Positions 42,744 to 52,705 are shown, counted from the stretch's first letter. The stretch is 64,000 nucleotides of DNA from Alphaproteobacteria bacterium (GCA_965214705.1 CBDCCI010000002.1:2432001-2496000); one strand, 5' to 3'. Notes: a model not told the origin generated them from the letters alone. A program made the numbers and translations.

Positions 42744-43622
42744 TCAGTTGCGCAACGCTGCGAAGCCTGAGATCGGGTGGTCGAGGCCCTCGAACATCTT
42801 GCCGGTGACGCGGGCGTAGTGACGGGTCGTGTTCGCGCTTCGATGGCCGAGCATGTCCCGGATCACCTCGATATCGCCGCCGCGCTCGAGGAGATGGGTC
42901 GCCGCCGAATGGCGCAGGCAATGGAAGGTGTAGCTGCGGTCGAGCTCGGCAATGTCGCGCGCCCTCCTGAAGGCGGCCTGCAAGGTCTCCGTTGCGATGG
43001 GCCTGTCGAGCGAGACGCCGTAGAAGAGCCAGCTCGTCGGACGCGGCCAGATGTTCCTGTAGTAGACGCGCAAGTAGTGGATGACGATGTCCGGCAACGG
43101 TGCCATTCTCTCGGTGCCGCCTTTGCCGGAGGGGATGTGCAGCAGCTTCTTCTCCGACAGGATGTCGCCGACCTTGATGGCCAAGGTCTCGGAGATGCGG
43201 AGCCCGCCGCCATAGCCGGTGACAATGGCAGCACGGTGGCGGAGGTCGGGTGTCGCAAGGATGAGGTGCTCGACCTCCTGCTCCGACATGTAGCGCGGCA
43301 GCTTGCCGGGCTTCTTGCGGGAGCGCAGGCCGGCGACATGGTCAGGCCAGCCGAGTGTGTCGATGTAGAGGAAGTTCAGCGCGGCGAAGGAGACGTTGGT
43401 CGTGCCCGGACTGAGCCCCTTGTCGATCCGCCCCAGGTACCACTGGCGCACCTGCTCGGCGTCGAGCTCGTCCGGCGAGGCGTCGTAGTACCTGGCCAGG
43501 TTCTTGATCTCGCAGATGTAGGCCTTGGACGTGCTCGCGGCCAGATTGGCGATGCGGAGCTGCTCCTCCATGCGCTGGCGAAGAGGGGTGACGGTGTTCG
43601 TGTCGCACGCGGTCCCGGTCAT
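42744..43622 (-). CDS. Tyrosine recombinase (copy 2)
   Basis: Same protein as 1516-2394. Confidence 0.92.
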   Translation of the reverse strand: MTGTACDTNTVTPLRQRMEEQLRIANLAASTSKAYICEIKNLARYYDASPDELDAEQVRQWYLGRIDKGLSPGTTNVSFAALNFLYIDTLGWPDHVAGLRSRKKPGKLPRYMSEQEVEHLILATPDLRHRAAIVTGYGGGLRISETLAIKVGDILSEKKLLHIPSGKGGTERMAPLPDIVIHYLRVYYRNIWPRPTSWLFYGVSLDRPIATETLQAAFRRARDIAELDRSYTFHCLRHSAATHLLERGGDIEVIRDMLGHRSANTTRHYARVTGKMFEGLDHPISGFAALRN

Positions 43623-43851
43623 TATCGATCTCCCTGGATCGCGACGGCGCGCCGCCGGACCGATCCGGCGACGGTCCGTCGCAGGGGTCGATACTAACCA
43701 CTGGTGATCGGGAGGCTGCTGGGGATCCGCCACCCGACGGGCGGAGCGCCACTGACGCAACCGGGAAGCGAACGCACAGAACAAACGGCACCCGCGACGC
43801 CTCGGAAATGAATGAACTCTACGCCGCTAACTCCGCGTAGCGGCTTCGTTC

Positions 43852-45090
43852 AAATGCGGATGCCAGTTCTTCGAGCCAGCGGGGGGCGCGCTGCTTCGCC
43901 ATGACGGTGCTGATTTCGGCGCCGAGCGCATCGGCATCGTCGGCGCCGCGCAGGCGCGACAGCGCCTGGGTGAATCCGATGCCGTAGGACTCCCTCATCC
44001 GCCGCCGCACGGCGTCGGAGATACGGTTGGCAGCGACCTTGAGCTCGGTCAGTTCGTTGTCCCGAACGAGCGCGTCGGGACGGGTGAATTGCAGAGTGCC
44101 GGTGTCCTCGTTCGCAGCCCGGATGCGCGCCTCAAGCGCGTAGAAGTCTGCTGGGGACGCCTCCGCGCTCCTCGCCTCGGGCTCCGGGACGGTCGCCGTT
44201 CGGGTGCCGGCGGGCTTCTTTGCAGCATTCTCCGGAACACTCTCTTCCTGTTCTTCTTCGACGACGACGATCTCGGCGTGTTCGGCCAGGGCCCGCAGCC
44301 AGCGGATTTCATTGGGATCGAAGGCGTGCAGGCGATAGCTGGTCGCGGGCGTGTAGTAGCGCCGCAGCGGCGCACGCACGCCGCGTCCAGCTCGCAGGCG
44401 GATCGCGCTGAGCGACGCGCGCGTCTTCAAGCTCTGCCCGTTCCAGGCCCGCTCGAGCGCGTTTGCCACGCCTGCAGTCGTGCGGCGCTCCCGCACGTCT
44501 TCGAAATGGGATTGGAGATGCTCGAAGATCCTGACGGCGCAGAGGACCACAAGGCTCGATTCCGCGCCGGCCGCCGCCTTGTGCCTCTCGCCGGCCTGGG
44601 TCCAGCGCTCGGCGGTTTCGTGCACCGTCGTCGCCAACTCGAGAGCGAGGATCACGTATCCGGCAACCGACTCGGGACGAATGCCGACATGAAGCTCGCC
44701 CTTCGAGCCGTTCCATACGCGGTAGCACTCGCCTTCCGCCGCGACGGCTACGCTTCGACTCCAGGCGCCCGCAGAGACGACATTCTCAGCACCGGCAGCG
44801 AGGTCGGAGGCCGCGATCCCGACATCTCCGATCAGCCGGTTCCCGAGGACTTCGACAGGCTCAGGCAGGCGTCGGTGCGCACGGGCCGCTTCGCCGAGCA
44901 TGGCCCCCGTCTCCGGACGCTCGAGCGCGGTCCAATCGAGCGGCGCGTCTGCGTCGAGCCTGTCTCTGACCGCATTCGGGAGCGCCTTCACGGCGCGGGT
45001 GAACAGTTTGTCGGTATTCACACTGAGACTCCTTGCGACTGGTATGGAAAGCTCCGACTGGGAAGGTCCAGGGTCCCGCCTTTCTGTCAT
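43852..45090 (-). pseudogene. 5' part of an interrupted ~652-aa hypothetical gene in the Tad operon
   Basis: 413 open codons; the apparent tail ERSRYAELAA derives from the element. Confidence 0.8.
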
Positions 45091-45129
45091 CGCCGGCTTC
45101 CTAGCCCCTGAGAGTTGTGGACGAATGGA

Positions 45130-46077
45130 TTAGGGAGTCGTTTCGAGCTCCGCGTTTTCGAATGCGGCCGGCCCTGCGTCCGCCTCGAAGGCCACGCCGG
45201 TGACTTCCGTTCCCCGGATGACACGCACTGTCGTGTGCAGCTCGGGTTCAGGCGCCTCGGGTGGTGCTGGCTGCAGAGACAGCAAGGTTCGTGCGTCGAC
45301 GGGGCCGGTCCGTACCGTCTGCGCGCCGCCTGCAGCGAGCGGTCGAACGGCCAGAGCGAGCTCGCCTTCGAACTCTCCGAGCGCGAGGAGTCCCGTCTGC
45401 TCGGGCAACACCTCCAGGGTGGCCGTGACGATTTCGGTGCGCTCGATTTCCCGGCCGTCTTCCCCCGGCGCGGCGGTGCTTCCGATGCTTCTGTCGACCG
45501 CGAGCACCCGCACGTCCTCGAGGATCGTCCGCGAGAGCACGTTTTGCAGACCGTCCGAACGCGATTTCGCCGTGAGGACGACATCCACGCGATCGCCGGG
45601 ATCAACGAGGCCGGAGTGGCGCGTGCCGGCGCCTAGACGGATGGTCATGGCCCGCATGCCGGGCTTGAGCACGGCTGCGAGGAATCCTCTCTGGCGCGGC
45701 CCAACCAGCGCCCGCCAGGTCACCGGTGCGGCGTGGGCGAGCGCCTCGCGCACGACATAGCCGTACGGCACCTGGGCCGCGTCCGAGCTGTCCAAGAGGA
45801 TGTGGCTGCGGCGGACCGAATCCTCTTCGATCCCGAGTTCCGTCAGGTCCTCCTCTCGGAGCAGGGTGCCGACCGGCAAGTCGCGGGCGGCCGCAAGCAC
45901 CATGCGAAGCTCGGGCTCCTCCACAGGCGGCGGCTCCGGCTGGGCGGCAACGGCGGCCTGAGTCTCGACCTGCTCGGGCTGGCCGGCGGGCAGCATGTAG
46001 CGCATCACGAACACGCCGACGATCATCGGAACAATGCCCAACAGGGCCACGATGATCACGGTGCGGTATCGTCTCAT
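45130..46077 (-). CDS. cpaB: Flp pilus assembly protein CpaB/RcpC
   Basis: SAF domain VLAAARDLPVGTLL; LKPGMRAMTI, GLVDPGDRVDVVL, TILEDVRVLAVD, TATLEV. Confidence 0.93.
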   Translation of the reverse strand: MRRYRTVIIVALLGIVPMIVGVFVMRYMLPAGQPEQVETQAAVAAQPEPPPVEEPELRMVLAAARDLPVGTLLREEDLTELGIEEDSVRRSHILLDSSDAAQVPYGYVVREALAHAAPVTWRALVGPRQRGFLAAVLKPGMRAMTIRLGAGTRHSGLVDPGDRVDVVLTAKSRSDGLQNVLSRTILEDVRVLAVDRSIGSTAAPGEDGREIERTEIVTATLEVLPEQTGLLALGEFEGELALAVRPLAAGGAQTVRTGPVDARTLLSLQPAPPEAPEPELHTTVRVIRGTEVTGVAFEADAGPAAFENAELETTP

Positions 46078-46095
46078 CGAGTCAGCTCCCCCGGT

Positions 46096-46569
46096 TCAAA
46101 TGCCATCGGACAGCGCACGCAGTGTCACGACGATGATGGCGGGCGGTGCGATCGCGACGGCGAAGGGCAGTTCCGAACGCATGCGCCGTGTGCGTTCGAA
46201 AGGCAGCAGAGCGACCAAGCACAAGGCGAGCGCGAATGCGGCCAGACTGCATAGGAAGATTCCCAGCCAAGCCAGCGTCGGCCCGATCCAGAGGCCGGCG
46301 ACAGCAAGAAGCTTGGCGTCGCCTGCACCGAAACGCCCCGTGAGATAGAGCGCGAAGCCCGCGACCAGGATGAGTGCTCCAACGGCGAAGTGCTGCCACA
46401 GGGATCCCGCCGGGCCGGCGGCGCCGGTCGCCGCGTAGATCGCGAAGAACGCGAGCAGCATCAGGGGAACCTCGTTGGGGATTCGTCGTCGGCGGACATC
46501 GGTCGCAACGCTGGCGGCGAACAGCCCGCAGGCCGCCGTCTCCGCGACATACACGCCTAGGCTCTCCAT
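46096..46569 (-). CDS. cpaA: Prepilin peptidase A24 (CpaA/TadV)
   Basis: TDVRRRRIPN, FGAGDAKLL, LPFAVAI; multiple TM helices. Confidence 0.93.
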   Translation of the reverse strand: MESLGVYVAETAACGLFAASVATDVRRRRIPNEVPLMLLAFFAIYAATGAAGPAGSLWQHFAVGALILVAGFALYLTGRFGAGDAKLLAVAGLWIGPTLAWLGIFLCSLAAFALALCLVALLPFERTRRMRSELPFAVAIAPPAIIVVTLRALSDGI

Positions 46570-46612
46570 TCTCGGCCACTCCTGCTCGAGTCCGCATGCC
46601 CGCATAGCCCTC

Positions 46613-48352
46613 TTAGGGATTGGGTACGCCGGCCGGCAGCGTGATCTGCGCCACGGTTCCCTGGCCGGGCAACGAGTTGATCTTGATGACGCCTTCGTGC
46701 CTCTTGACGAGATAGCCGGCGAGCGTGAGACCGATCCCCAGCGCCTCCTCCCTGGTCGTGTAGAAGGGCTGGAAGATGTTCATGCGCTTTTCGGCGGGAA
46801 TACCGTTTCCGTTGTCGATGACGGTGATGAGGATCTCGTCGTCTTTGCGCGTCGAATCGACTCGGACCATGCCCTTCCTCTCGCCCAGGTCGCGCACGGC
46901 AAGCACGGAGTTGTCGATGATCTTGGTCAGCATGAGGCGCAACTCGGCCCTCGACGCCAGGATCTCGGGGATGTCACCCAGCCTCTTCGTGATCAGCCTG
47001 TTGGCCTCGGGCCCGCATTCCTCTATGGCCTCTTCGATGCAGGCGTTGATGTCGGTCATGCTGCGGTTGACATGGTTCCGCGGCATCGCGCTCACGGACT
47101 CGAGCCGTCTGGCCAAATCGGAAATGCCCTTCGCCTCCTGGCGGACGCTGGATGAAATCGCCGACAACGCTGCCATCTCCTCGTCGAGATCGATGCCGTC
47201 GTGCACCTCGGCGACGGTGTCGCCGTTGTCGAGCGCGTTCTGCAGGTGCTGCCGGGTCTGTCCCAGATAGTCCATGCGGGCATCGATCTGATCCGCCGAG
47301 GCGGCCAGGCTGCCGGCGGCGCACTTGACCACGAACCCGTTGATTGTCGCCTTCTCCAGATCGGCTTCGGCGCTCGTCGGCGGCGAGGCCTCGGCCTGTC
47401 GGACCGCGACGGGAGCCGGGGACGGGCGGGGGCCAATGCTCGGCTGCGACGACGCCAATGGCTCCGGCGGCGGGGCGGCGGCGGCGGTTCCGGCGGCGGC
47501 CGCGTCGGTCCCGCCCCGCCGTCTCTGGTGCAATGCAAGCAGAATCCAGAAGAGCGCCAACAGGGCGATGACGACCAGCATCCCGCGATCGTAATAGGCG
47601 AGCTGAACTTCCTTGCGGCCCAGCTCGAACCGCAAGCTGCCAGCGAGCTCGTCGGTGAGGCGGGAAATCTTGTCCGACGTGGCCTCCTCGAAGAGCTCCT
47701 CAATCGGACCCTGCCTGTTAAGAAGCACCTCCGCGTGTGAAAAGAGATTGGAGAGCGTGTTCGCCAGGGCCGGCGGATAGCGCACGCTCGTTTCGCGAAG
47801 GGATTCCATTTCGCGTCTGAGACGGGTCTGGGCTTCGTCGCTGGGTGTGACCAGATAGAGGTCCATCTCCTGGGTCAGTCCTGAGATGTCCCGCGCCAGT
47901 TGCTGGTCGCCCAGCTGCTCGGCCTGCTGCACCGCGTTCGCGGCCGCCAGGGGCAGATAGCGGGTCGAATTGCGCACCACCGCGTAGCCGGTCTTGAAGC
48001 GCTCGACCCGCTCCTCCTTCGCATCGATGGCGCTGATGTAAGCGTTGATGGAGTTGGCGAGTCGGTCAGGAAGATCGGGAATGCTGCGGGCGGTCTCGGA
48101 CAGATCCGTCTTGAGACGCGCCATGCGGGGAATGAACGCGGCCAGCGAATCGAAGTCCGCGAGAGGATCCGACTTGACCCGCGAGAGCTCGATGCTCCAG
48201 TCCGAGGAGAGCCGCTGGATCTGCTGGACCGTGCCGATGGAGCTGCGGTAGTGCCGCTCGCCGCCGTCGTTCGCCATCAGGTACAGGACGCCGGCCGCCG
48301 CCAACAGGATGACGGTCGCGACGGCACCGACAATCAGTGCGCCAGGTTTCAT
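46613..48352 (-). CDS. Membrane sensor with DAHL-like periplasmic domain and HATPase domain, H-box degenerate
   Basis: Two TM segments around KEERVERFKTGYAVVRNSTRYLP; N, G1 (DNGNGI), F and G2 (GIGL) boxes present; no HE/HD H-box; ATGA overlap with the peroxidase gene. Confidence 0.8.
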   Translation of the reverse strand: MKPGALIVGAVATVILLAAAGVLYLMANDGGERHYRSSIGTVQQIQRLSSDWSIELSRVKSDPLADFDSLAAFIPRMARLKTDLSETARSIPDLPDRLANSINAYISAIDAKEERVERFKTGYAVVRNSTRYLPLAAANAVQQAEQLGDQQLARDISGLTQEMDLYLVTPSDEAQTRLRREMESLRETSVRYPPALANTLSNLFSHAEVLLNRQGPIEELFEEATSDKISRLTDELAGSLRFELGRKEVQLAYYDRGMLVVIALLALFWILLALHQRRRGGTDAAAAGTAAAAPPPEPLASSQPSIGPRPSPAPVAVRQAEASPPTSAEADLEKATINGFVVKCAAGSLAASADQIDARMDYLGQTRQHLQNALDNGDTVAEVHDGIDLDEEMAALSAISSSVRQEAKGISDLARRLESVSAMPRNHVNRSMTDINACIEEAIEECGPEANRLITKRLGDIPEILASRAELRLMLTKIIDNSVLAVRDLGERKGMVRVDSTRKDDEILITVIDNGNGIPAEKRMNIFQPFYTTREEALGIGLTLAGYLVKRHEGVIKINSLPGQGTVAQITLPAGVPNP

Positions 48353-49317
48353 TGCGAGAAGTCCTCCGATTCGCCCGCCAGCGTCTTGATGAAGGCAACG
48401 ATGGCGTCCTTGTCTTCGTCGGGCGCCTCGCGCCCCAGCTGGAACTCGAACATCGCGTCCACGGCGTCCCGCAGGGTCTCGGCGGTTCCGTCGTGGAGGT
48501 AGGGCGCGGTGTGGGCCGCCATGCGCAGGCTGGGAACCTTGAAGGAGTGGCGATCCTCTTCGTTCCCGGTGATGTTGTAGAGACCGAGATCCGCGTCGGT
48601 TATGTCGCCCCTCTTCTTGAAATAGTCGTTCAGCACGCCGAAGACCTGAAACATGTTGCCGCCGACGTTGACTCCCTGGTGGCACGACACGCAGCCGTAG
48701 TCCTTGAACAGGGCATAGCCCTCGTTTTCCAAGGGGCTCAGGGCGTTGTCGTCGCCCTTCAGCCACTGGTCGAAGCGGCTGTTCGGGGTGATGAGGGACC
48801 TGACGAACTCGGCGATCGCGTTCTTGACGTTCTTGCGGTTGATCCCGTCCGCATAGATCGCCGCGAACTCGGCCGGATAGCCGTCGTCCTGATAGAGTTT
48901 GGCGACGACCTCCGGCCACAGATTTCCCATCTCGATGGGGCTCTGCACCGGGCCGTCGATCTGCGCGTCGAGTGTCTTGGCGCGCCCGTCCCAGAATTGC
49001 TTGAAGTTGAAACCGGCGTTGAACACCGTTGGCGAGTTGATGACCCCGGGCCTGCCGTCGATTCCGATGGAAACCTTGAGCCCGTCGTCGCCCCCGCTCG
49101 AGAGGTCGTGGCAACTCGCACAGGAGACCGTGTCGTCCTTGGAGAGCATGGTGTCGTGGAACAGCATCCTGCCGAGCTCCACCTTGCGCGGATCCACGTC
49201 GATCGCCTCCGGGATCGGCTTGATCGGCTCCTCCTCCTCCCGGCCCACCGCCAGCGCGACCGACAGACAAAGGGCGAGGCCGGCAACTGCCGGGATCAGC
49301 AGCGATCTTGCGTGCAT
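48349..49317 (-). CDS. Di-heme cytochrome c peroxidase-family protein (copy 1)
   Basis: Signal peptide; CASCH, CVSCH, INSPTVFN, QFWDGRA, PIEMG, FKVPSLR, APYLHDG. Confidence 0.92.
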   Translation of the reverse strand: MHARSLLIPAVAGLALCLSVALAVGREEEEPIKPIPEAIDVDPRKVELGRMLFHDTMLSKDDTVSCASCHDLSSGGDDGLKVSIGIDGRPGVINSPTVFNAGFNFKQFWDGRAKTLDAQIDGPVQSPIEMGNLWPEVVAKLYQDDGYPAEFAAIYADGINRKNVKNAIAEFVRSLITPNSRFDQWLKGDDNALSPLENEGYALFKDYGCVSCHQGVNVGGNMFQVFGVLNDYFKKRGDITDADLGLYNITGNEEDRHSFKVPSLRMAAHTAPYLHDGTAETLRDAVDAMFEFQLGREAPDEDKDAIVAFIKTLAGESEDFSQ

Positions 49318-49318
49318 G

Positions 49319-50320
49319 TCACTCGCCACCCGGTCCGGCTCCGATGCTGCCAAGTCCGCCCAAGGCATCCATGGCCGACAGGAACGCAGGCCCAGCGATG
49401 AGCAGCATGGTGCCGGGGACCACCAAGAGAAGCATCGGAAGGGTCATGAGCACCGGCAGCTTGGCTGACCAGGCCGTGATGCGGGCGGCGCGCTGAACAC
49501 GCTCGCCGGCTGCAATGTTCTTTATCGACTGAGTGAGGGGGGTTCCGTAGCGATCGCCCTGGATGAGGGTCATCGCGAAGTCGCGCAGGCCCTCCACGTC
49601 GCTACGCTCGTGATAGGCCTTCAGCACCGCCCGGCGGTCGGATCCGAGCCGAAGTTCGGCGTCGATGAGACGGAACTCACTCGCGAGGTTCGGCTCGATG
49701 GGCATGAGCTCGTGTGCCACCGTCGCAAGGGCCCGCTCGAAGGTAAGGCCCGATTCGAGGCACATCACCATCAAGTCGAGGGCGTCGGGGAGCGCGGCGG
49801 CCACGCGGCGCCTGCGCCGCTTCACCATCGAGCGCACCACGTACTCAGGCACGATGCCGCCGATCACGAGGCCGGCTACACCGGCGAAAGCGACGAGAGC
49901 GCCGGGAGGAACCATGGTCACGGCCGGACCGATCAGGTTGCCGACCAGCGCGCAGAGGCCGGCACCGACGAGTCCGCATACAAGCTTGCAGGACAGGAAG
50001 AGGGAGAGGGTGTCCTCCCGTGCGAACCCGGCCTGGCGCAGCGTCCGCGTGAGTTTCTCGCGCTCGCGCGCGCCGAGGGGCACCAGCATCGATGCGGCTT
50101 GAAGCAGCAGAGGGCCGAGCGCCCGTGCCGACAGGCCCGCGGTGGCTGACCTGGCGGAACCGGAAGCCGGATCCGCGCGGAGAAGCTCGTGTCGGGGTAA
50201 GGCGAGCCGCCTGTCGAGCACGCGGGTGCGCTGGGTCTCAAGGAAGATGAACGGGGCAAAGATCGCGAGGATGGCGCCGCAGGCGACGGCGGCCACGATC
50301 ACGAACATCGAGCTGACCAC
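49319..50320 (-). CDS. tadC: Tad inner-membrane platform protein TadC
   Basis: LPDALDLMVMCLESGL, RYGTPL, KLPVLMTLPM. Confidence 0.92.
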   Translation of the reverse strand: MVSSMFVIVAAVACGAILAIFAPFIFLETQRTRVLDRRLALPRHELLRADPASGSARSATAGLSARALGPLLLQAASMLVPLGAREREKLTRTLRQAGFAREDTLSLFLSCKLVCGLVGAGLCALVGNLIGPAVTMVPPGALVAFAGVAGLVIGGIVPEYVVRSMVKRRRRRVAAALPDALDLMVMCLESGLTFERALATVAHELMPIEPNLASEFRLIDAELRLGSDRRAVLKAYHERSDVEGLRDFAMTLIQGDRYGTPLTQSIKNIAAGERVQRAARITAWSAKLPVLMTLPMLLLVVPGTMLLIAGPAFLSAMDALGGLGSIGAGPGGE

Positions 50321-50336
50321 GGCCCTCTCCCCTTCG

Positions 50337-51293
50337 CTATTTCTCGCCACGGGCGCCGAGCTGGCGCGCGACGATGAGGCCGGCAACGATGAGGGCTACG
50401 CCGAGCTGCAGCAGGGTCTGGCCGTCCTCGGTGTTGAGCAGCAGGTCGACCGACTCGGGGGACGTCATGCTTTGCACCGCCAGGACCAGAGGCGGCATCA
50501 GCATCAGAACCAGGAGCGTGAGGCGGGTCTGCGCGGTGGAGGCCTTCGCCTTGAGCGCGGTCGTCCGCCTCTCGCGGAGCGTGTCCGCCAGGTTGGTGAA
50601 GGCCGTCGAGATGCTGCCGCCGGCGCGTCGTTGCAGGCGGATGACGGCAGCGAACAGCGTGAAGTCCGGGAGCCTTATCCGCTCCGAGACCATGCCGAGG
50701 GCGGTGTCGGGATCGAGGCCGGCGAGCAGCGCGTCCGTGACCTCGCGAAGGACGGGCTGCACCGGGGGCTGCGCATCCTCGGCGACACTCGAAAGCGCCT
50801 CGAGAGGAGGCAGGCCGGCCCCGGACAGGCGCACGATTTGATCGACGATCTCCGGGAATTGCTGAATGAACTGGCTCTCGAGCTTGGTCTGGAGCCGCGC
50901 CAGCGCATACCAAGCGCCGCCCACGCCGGCGAGCGCCGCGACGGGCGTGGACCACCAGCCCGACATTCCGAGCGCCCACATCCCGAGCCAAGCACCGGCG
51001 GCCGCGAGCACACCGATCGCCAACAAGCGCGGGAGGGCTCGCGGGGCATCGACCAGCGGATAGCGCGACTCGACGATCCCCAGGAGCCAGGTCAGCCGGG
51101 AACGGCGCCTAGCGGGGCGGAAAATGCTCTCCTCCGGCACGACCTCCTCGGCGGCACCGTGCCCCGAGAGCGGTGCGCCCACCCATTGGAGCCTCCGCTG
51201 GAGCGCCTTGTCCCTGCCGCCGAGCAGGAAGGCTGCGCCGAGCGGGACTGTCACGCCGGCAGCGATGAGGACGACGAGAACGAAGATGCTCAA
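50337..51293 (-). CDS. tadB: Tad inner-membrane platform protein TadB
   Basis: QFPEIVDQIVRLSGAG, QRRAGGSI, NLADTLRER; TTG start overlapping the tadA stop. Confidence 0.9.
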   Translation of the reverse strand: MSIFVLVVLIAAGVTVPLGAAFLLGGRDKALQRRLQWVGAPLSGHGAAEEVVPEESIFRPARRRSRLTWLLGIVESRYPLVDAPRALPRLLAIGVLAAAGAWLGMWALGMSGWWSTPVAALAGVGGAWYALARLQTKLESQFIQQFPEIVDQIVRLSGAGLPPLEALSSVAEDAQPPVQPVLREVTDALLAGLDPDTALGMVSERIRLPDFTLFAAVIRLQRRAGGSISTAFTNLADTLRERRTTALKAKASTAQTRLTLLVLMLMPPLVLAVQSMTSPESVDLLLNTEDGQTLLQLGVALIVAGLIVARQLGARGEK

Positions 51294-52705
51294 CTCCCGG
51301 CCTCCCCTATCCTCGGGTCTGCCTGGAGCGCGGCCAGAAGAGGCTCGCGCATGCCGACCGCGTCGACGGCATCCATCCACGAGGGTTGGCGCCCGGAGGT
51401 CTCAAAGATGTGCTGCTCGTCGCTCGTATGGCGCCGCCGCCAAAGCTCCTCGGTGGTGACGATATCGTTCTCGATCCCGACCACATTGGTGATGCTGGTC
51501 ACGCACCGGTGCCCGGAACGGAGGCGTGCGAGTTGAACGACGATATCAACCGCAGACGCGATCTGGCGCCGGAGCGCCGAAAGGGGCATGTCGGCGCCGG
51601 CCATCATCAGCATGTTCTCGAGACGGATGAGCGCATCGCGCGGGCTGTTGGCGTGCAGGGTGCACATGGAGCCCGGGTGGCCAGTGTTCATCGCCTGGAG
51701 CATCTCAGTTGCTTCGCCGCCCCTCACCTCGCCGACGATGATGCGGTCGGGACGCATCCTGAGCGTGTTCACCAGCAGATCGCGCATGGTGACCTGGCCG
51801 GTGCCTTCCGCGCTCATCGTGCGGGTCTCGAGGCGGACGACGTGCGGCTGCTGCAGCTGGAGTTCTGCCGCGTCCTCGATAGTCACCAGCCGCTCGCCGT
51901 GGTCGATTTTCTGGGACAGCGCGTTCATGAACGTGGTCTTGCCGGAGCCGGTGCCCCCGCTGATCAGGATGTTGAGCCGCGCGCGCACGCAGACGCGGAA
52001 GAGCTCGGCCATCGCCTCCGACATGGCTCGGCGTTCCGCCATGTCTTCGAGACCGATGCCCCGCATGGTGAAGCGTCGGATGGAGATTGCAGCGCCGTCG
52101 ATGGCGAGCGGCGGTATCACGATGTTGACGCGCGAACCGTCGGGCAGGCGCGCATCGACCATGGGGCTGGATTCGTCGACCCGGCGTCCGACCCAGCCGG
52201 CGATGCGCTGAGCGATGTGAAGCAGGTGCTGCTGATCCCGGAAGCGCACGTCGACGTGCTCGAGTCGGCCCCGCCGCTCGACGTAAACGCTGTCCATGCC
52301 ATTGATCAGGATGTCCGAGACCTGGCGGTCCAGGAGCAAAGGCTCTATGGGCCCCAGCCCCTTGATGTCGTGGACGAGCTGAGTGACGACCTGCTGCCGG
52401 TCCAGCGGGCTGAGGTCGGGTAGGCCCGCTTCGCCGGTCTCGAGAAAGGCGAGGAGCTGGGCCGCCAGCCTCTCGTTGTCCAGCTCCGCGATCTTGGTCA
52501 TGTCGAGAGACTTGACGATCGTGGGGTGGATCTTGGTGACAACGTCCGATATCGCGGCGCTCGTCTTAGCGTGCTGTCGGCGGGCGTCGGGCTGCTCGGG
52601 CGCGTCGGGCAACGGCTGAGGCTGAACCGCCGGGCGCGCCGCCGACGTCGGCCTCAACGAAGCGGCGGTGGGCCGGGGACGGCGACCGAAAGCGCGGGCG
52701 ACCAT
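51290..52705 (-). CDS. cpaF: Tad secretion ATPase CpaF/TadA
   Basis: GLGPIEPLL, VDARLPDGSRVN, GGTGSGKTT, TIEDAAEL, RMRPDRIIVGEVRG, NTGHPG. Confidence 0.97.
   Translation of the reverse strand: MVARAFGRRPRPTAASLRPTSAARPAVQPQPLPDAPEQPDARRQHAKTSAAISDVVTKIHPTIVKSLDMTKIAELDNERLAAQLLAFLETGEAGLPDLSPLDRQQVVTQLVHDIKGLGPIEPLLLDRQVSDILINGMDSVYVERRGRLEHVDVRFRDQQHLLHIAQRIAGWVGRRVDESSPMVDARLPDGSRVNIVIPPLAIDGAAISIRRFTMRGIGLEDMAERRAMSEAMAELFRVCVRARLNILISGGTGSGKTTFMNALSQKIDHGERLVTIEDAAELQLQQPHVVRLETRTMSAEGTGQVTMRDLLVNTLRMRPDRIIVGEVRGGEATEMLQAMNTGHPGSMCTLHANSPRDALIRLENMLMMAGADMPLSALRRQIASAVDIVVQLARLRSGHRCVTSITNVVGIENDIVTTEELWRRRHTSDEQHIFETSGRQPSWMDAVDAVGMREPLLAALQADPRIGEAGS

Larger units (their letters stand above)
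41168..43853 (-). mobile_element. IS91-like tyrosine recombinase + HUH element, copy 2 (complete, ~2.69 kb)
   Basis: Empty site reconstructs as GCA TTT/CTG ACG with no clear TSD; terminal hairpin and asymmetric IRs. Confidence 0.92.

Noticed and set aside
48353-49270. 885-aa kinase ORF with a long N-terminus
   Set aside because: The extension is an off-frame overlap with the peroxidase gene; the real start is the ATG at 48352 before the TM helix
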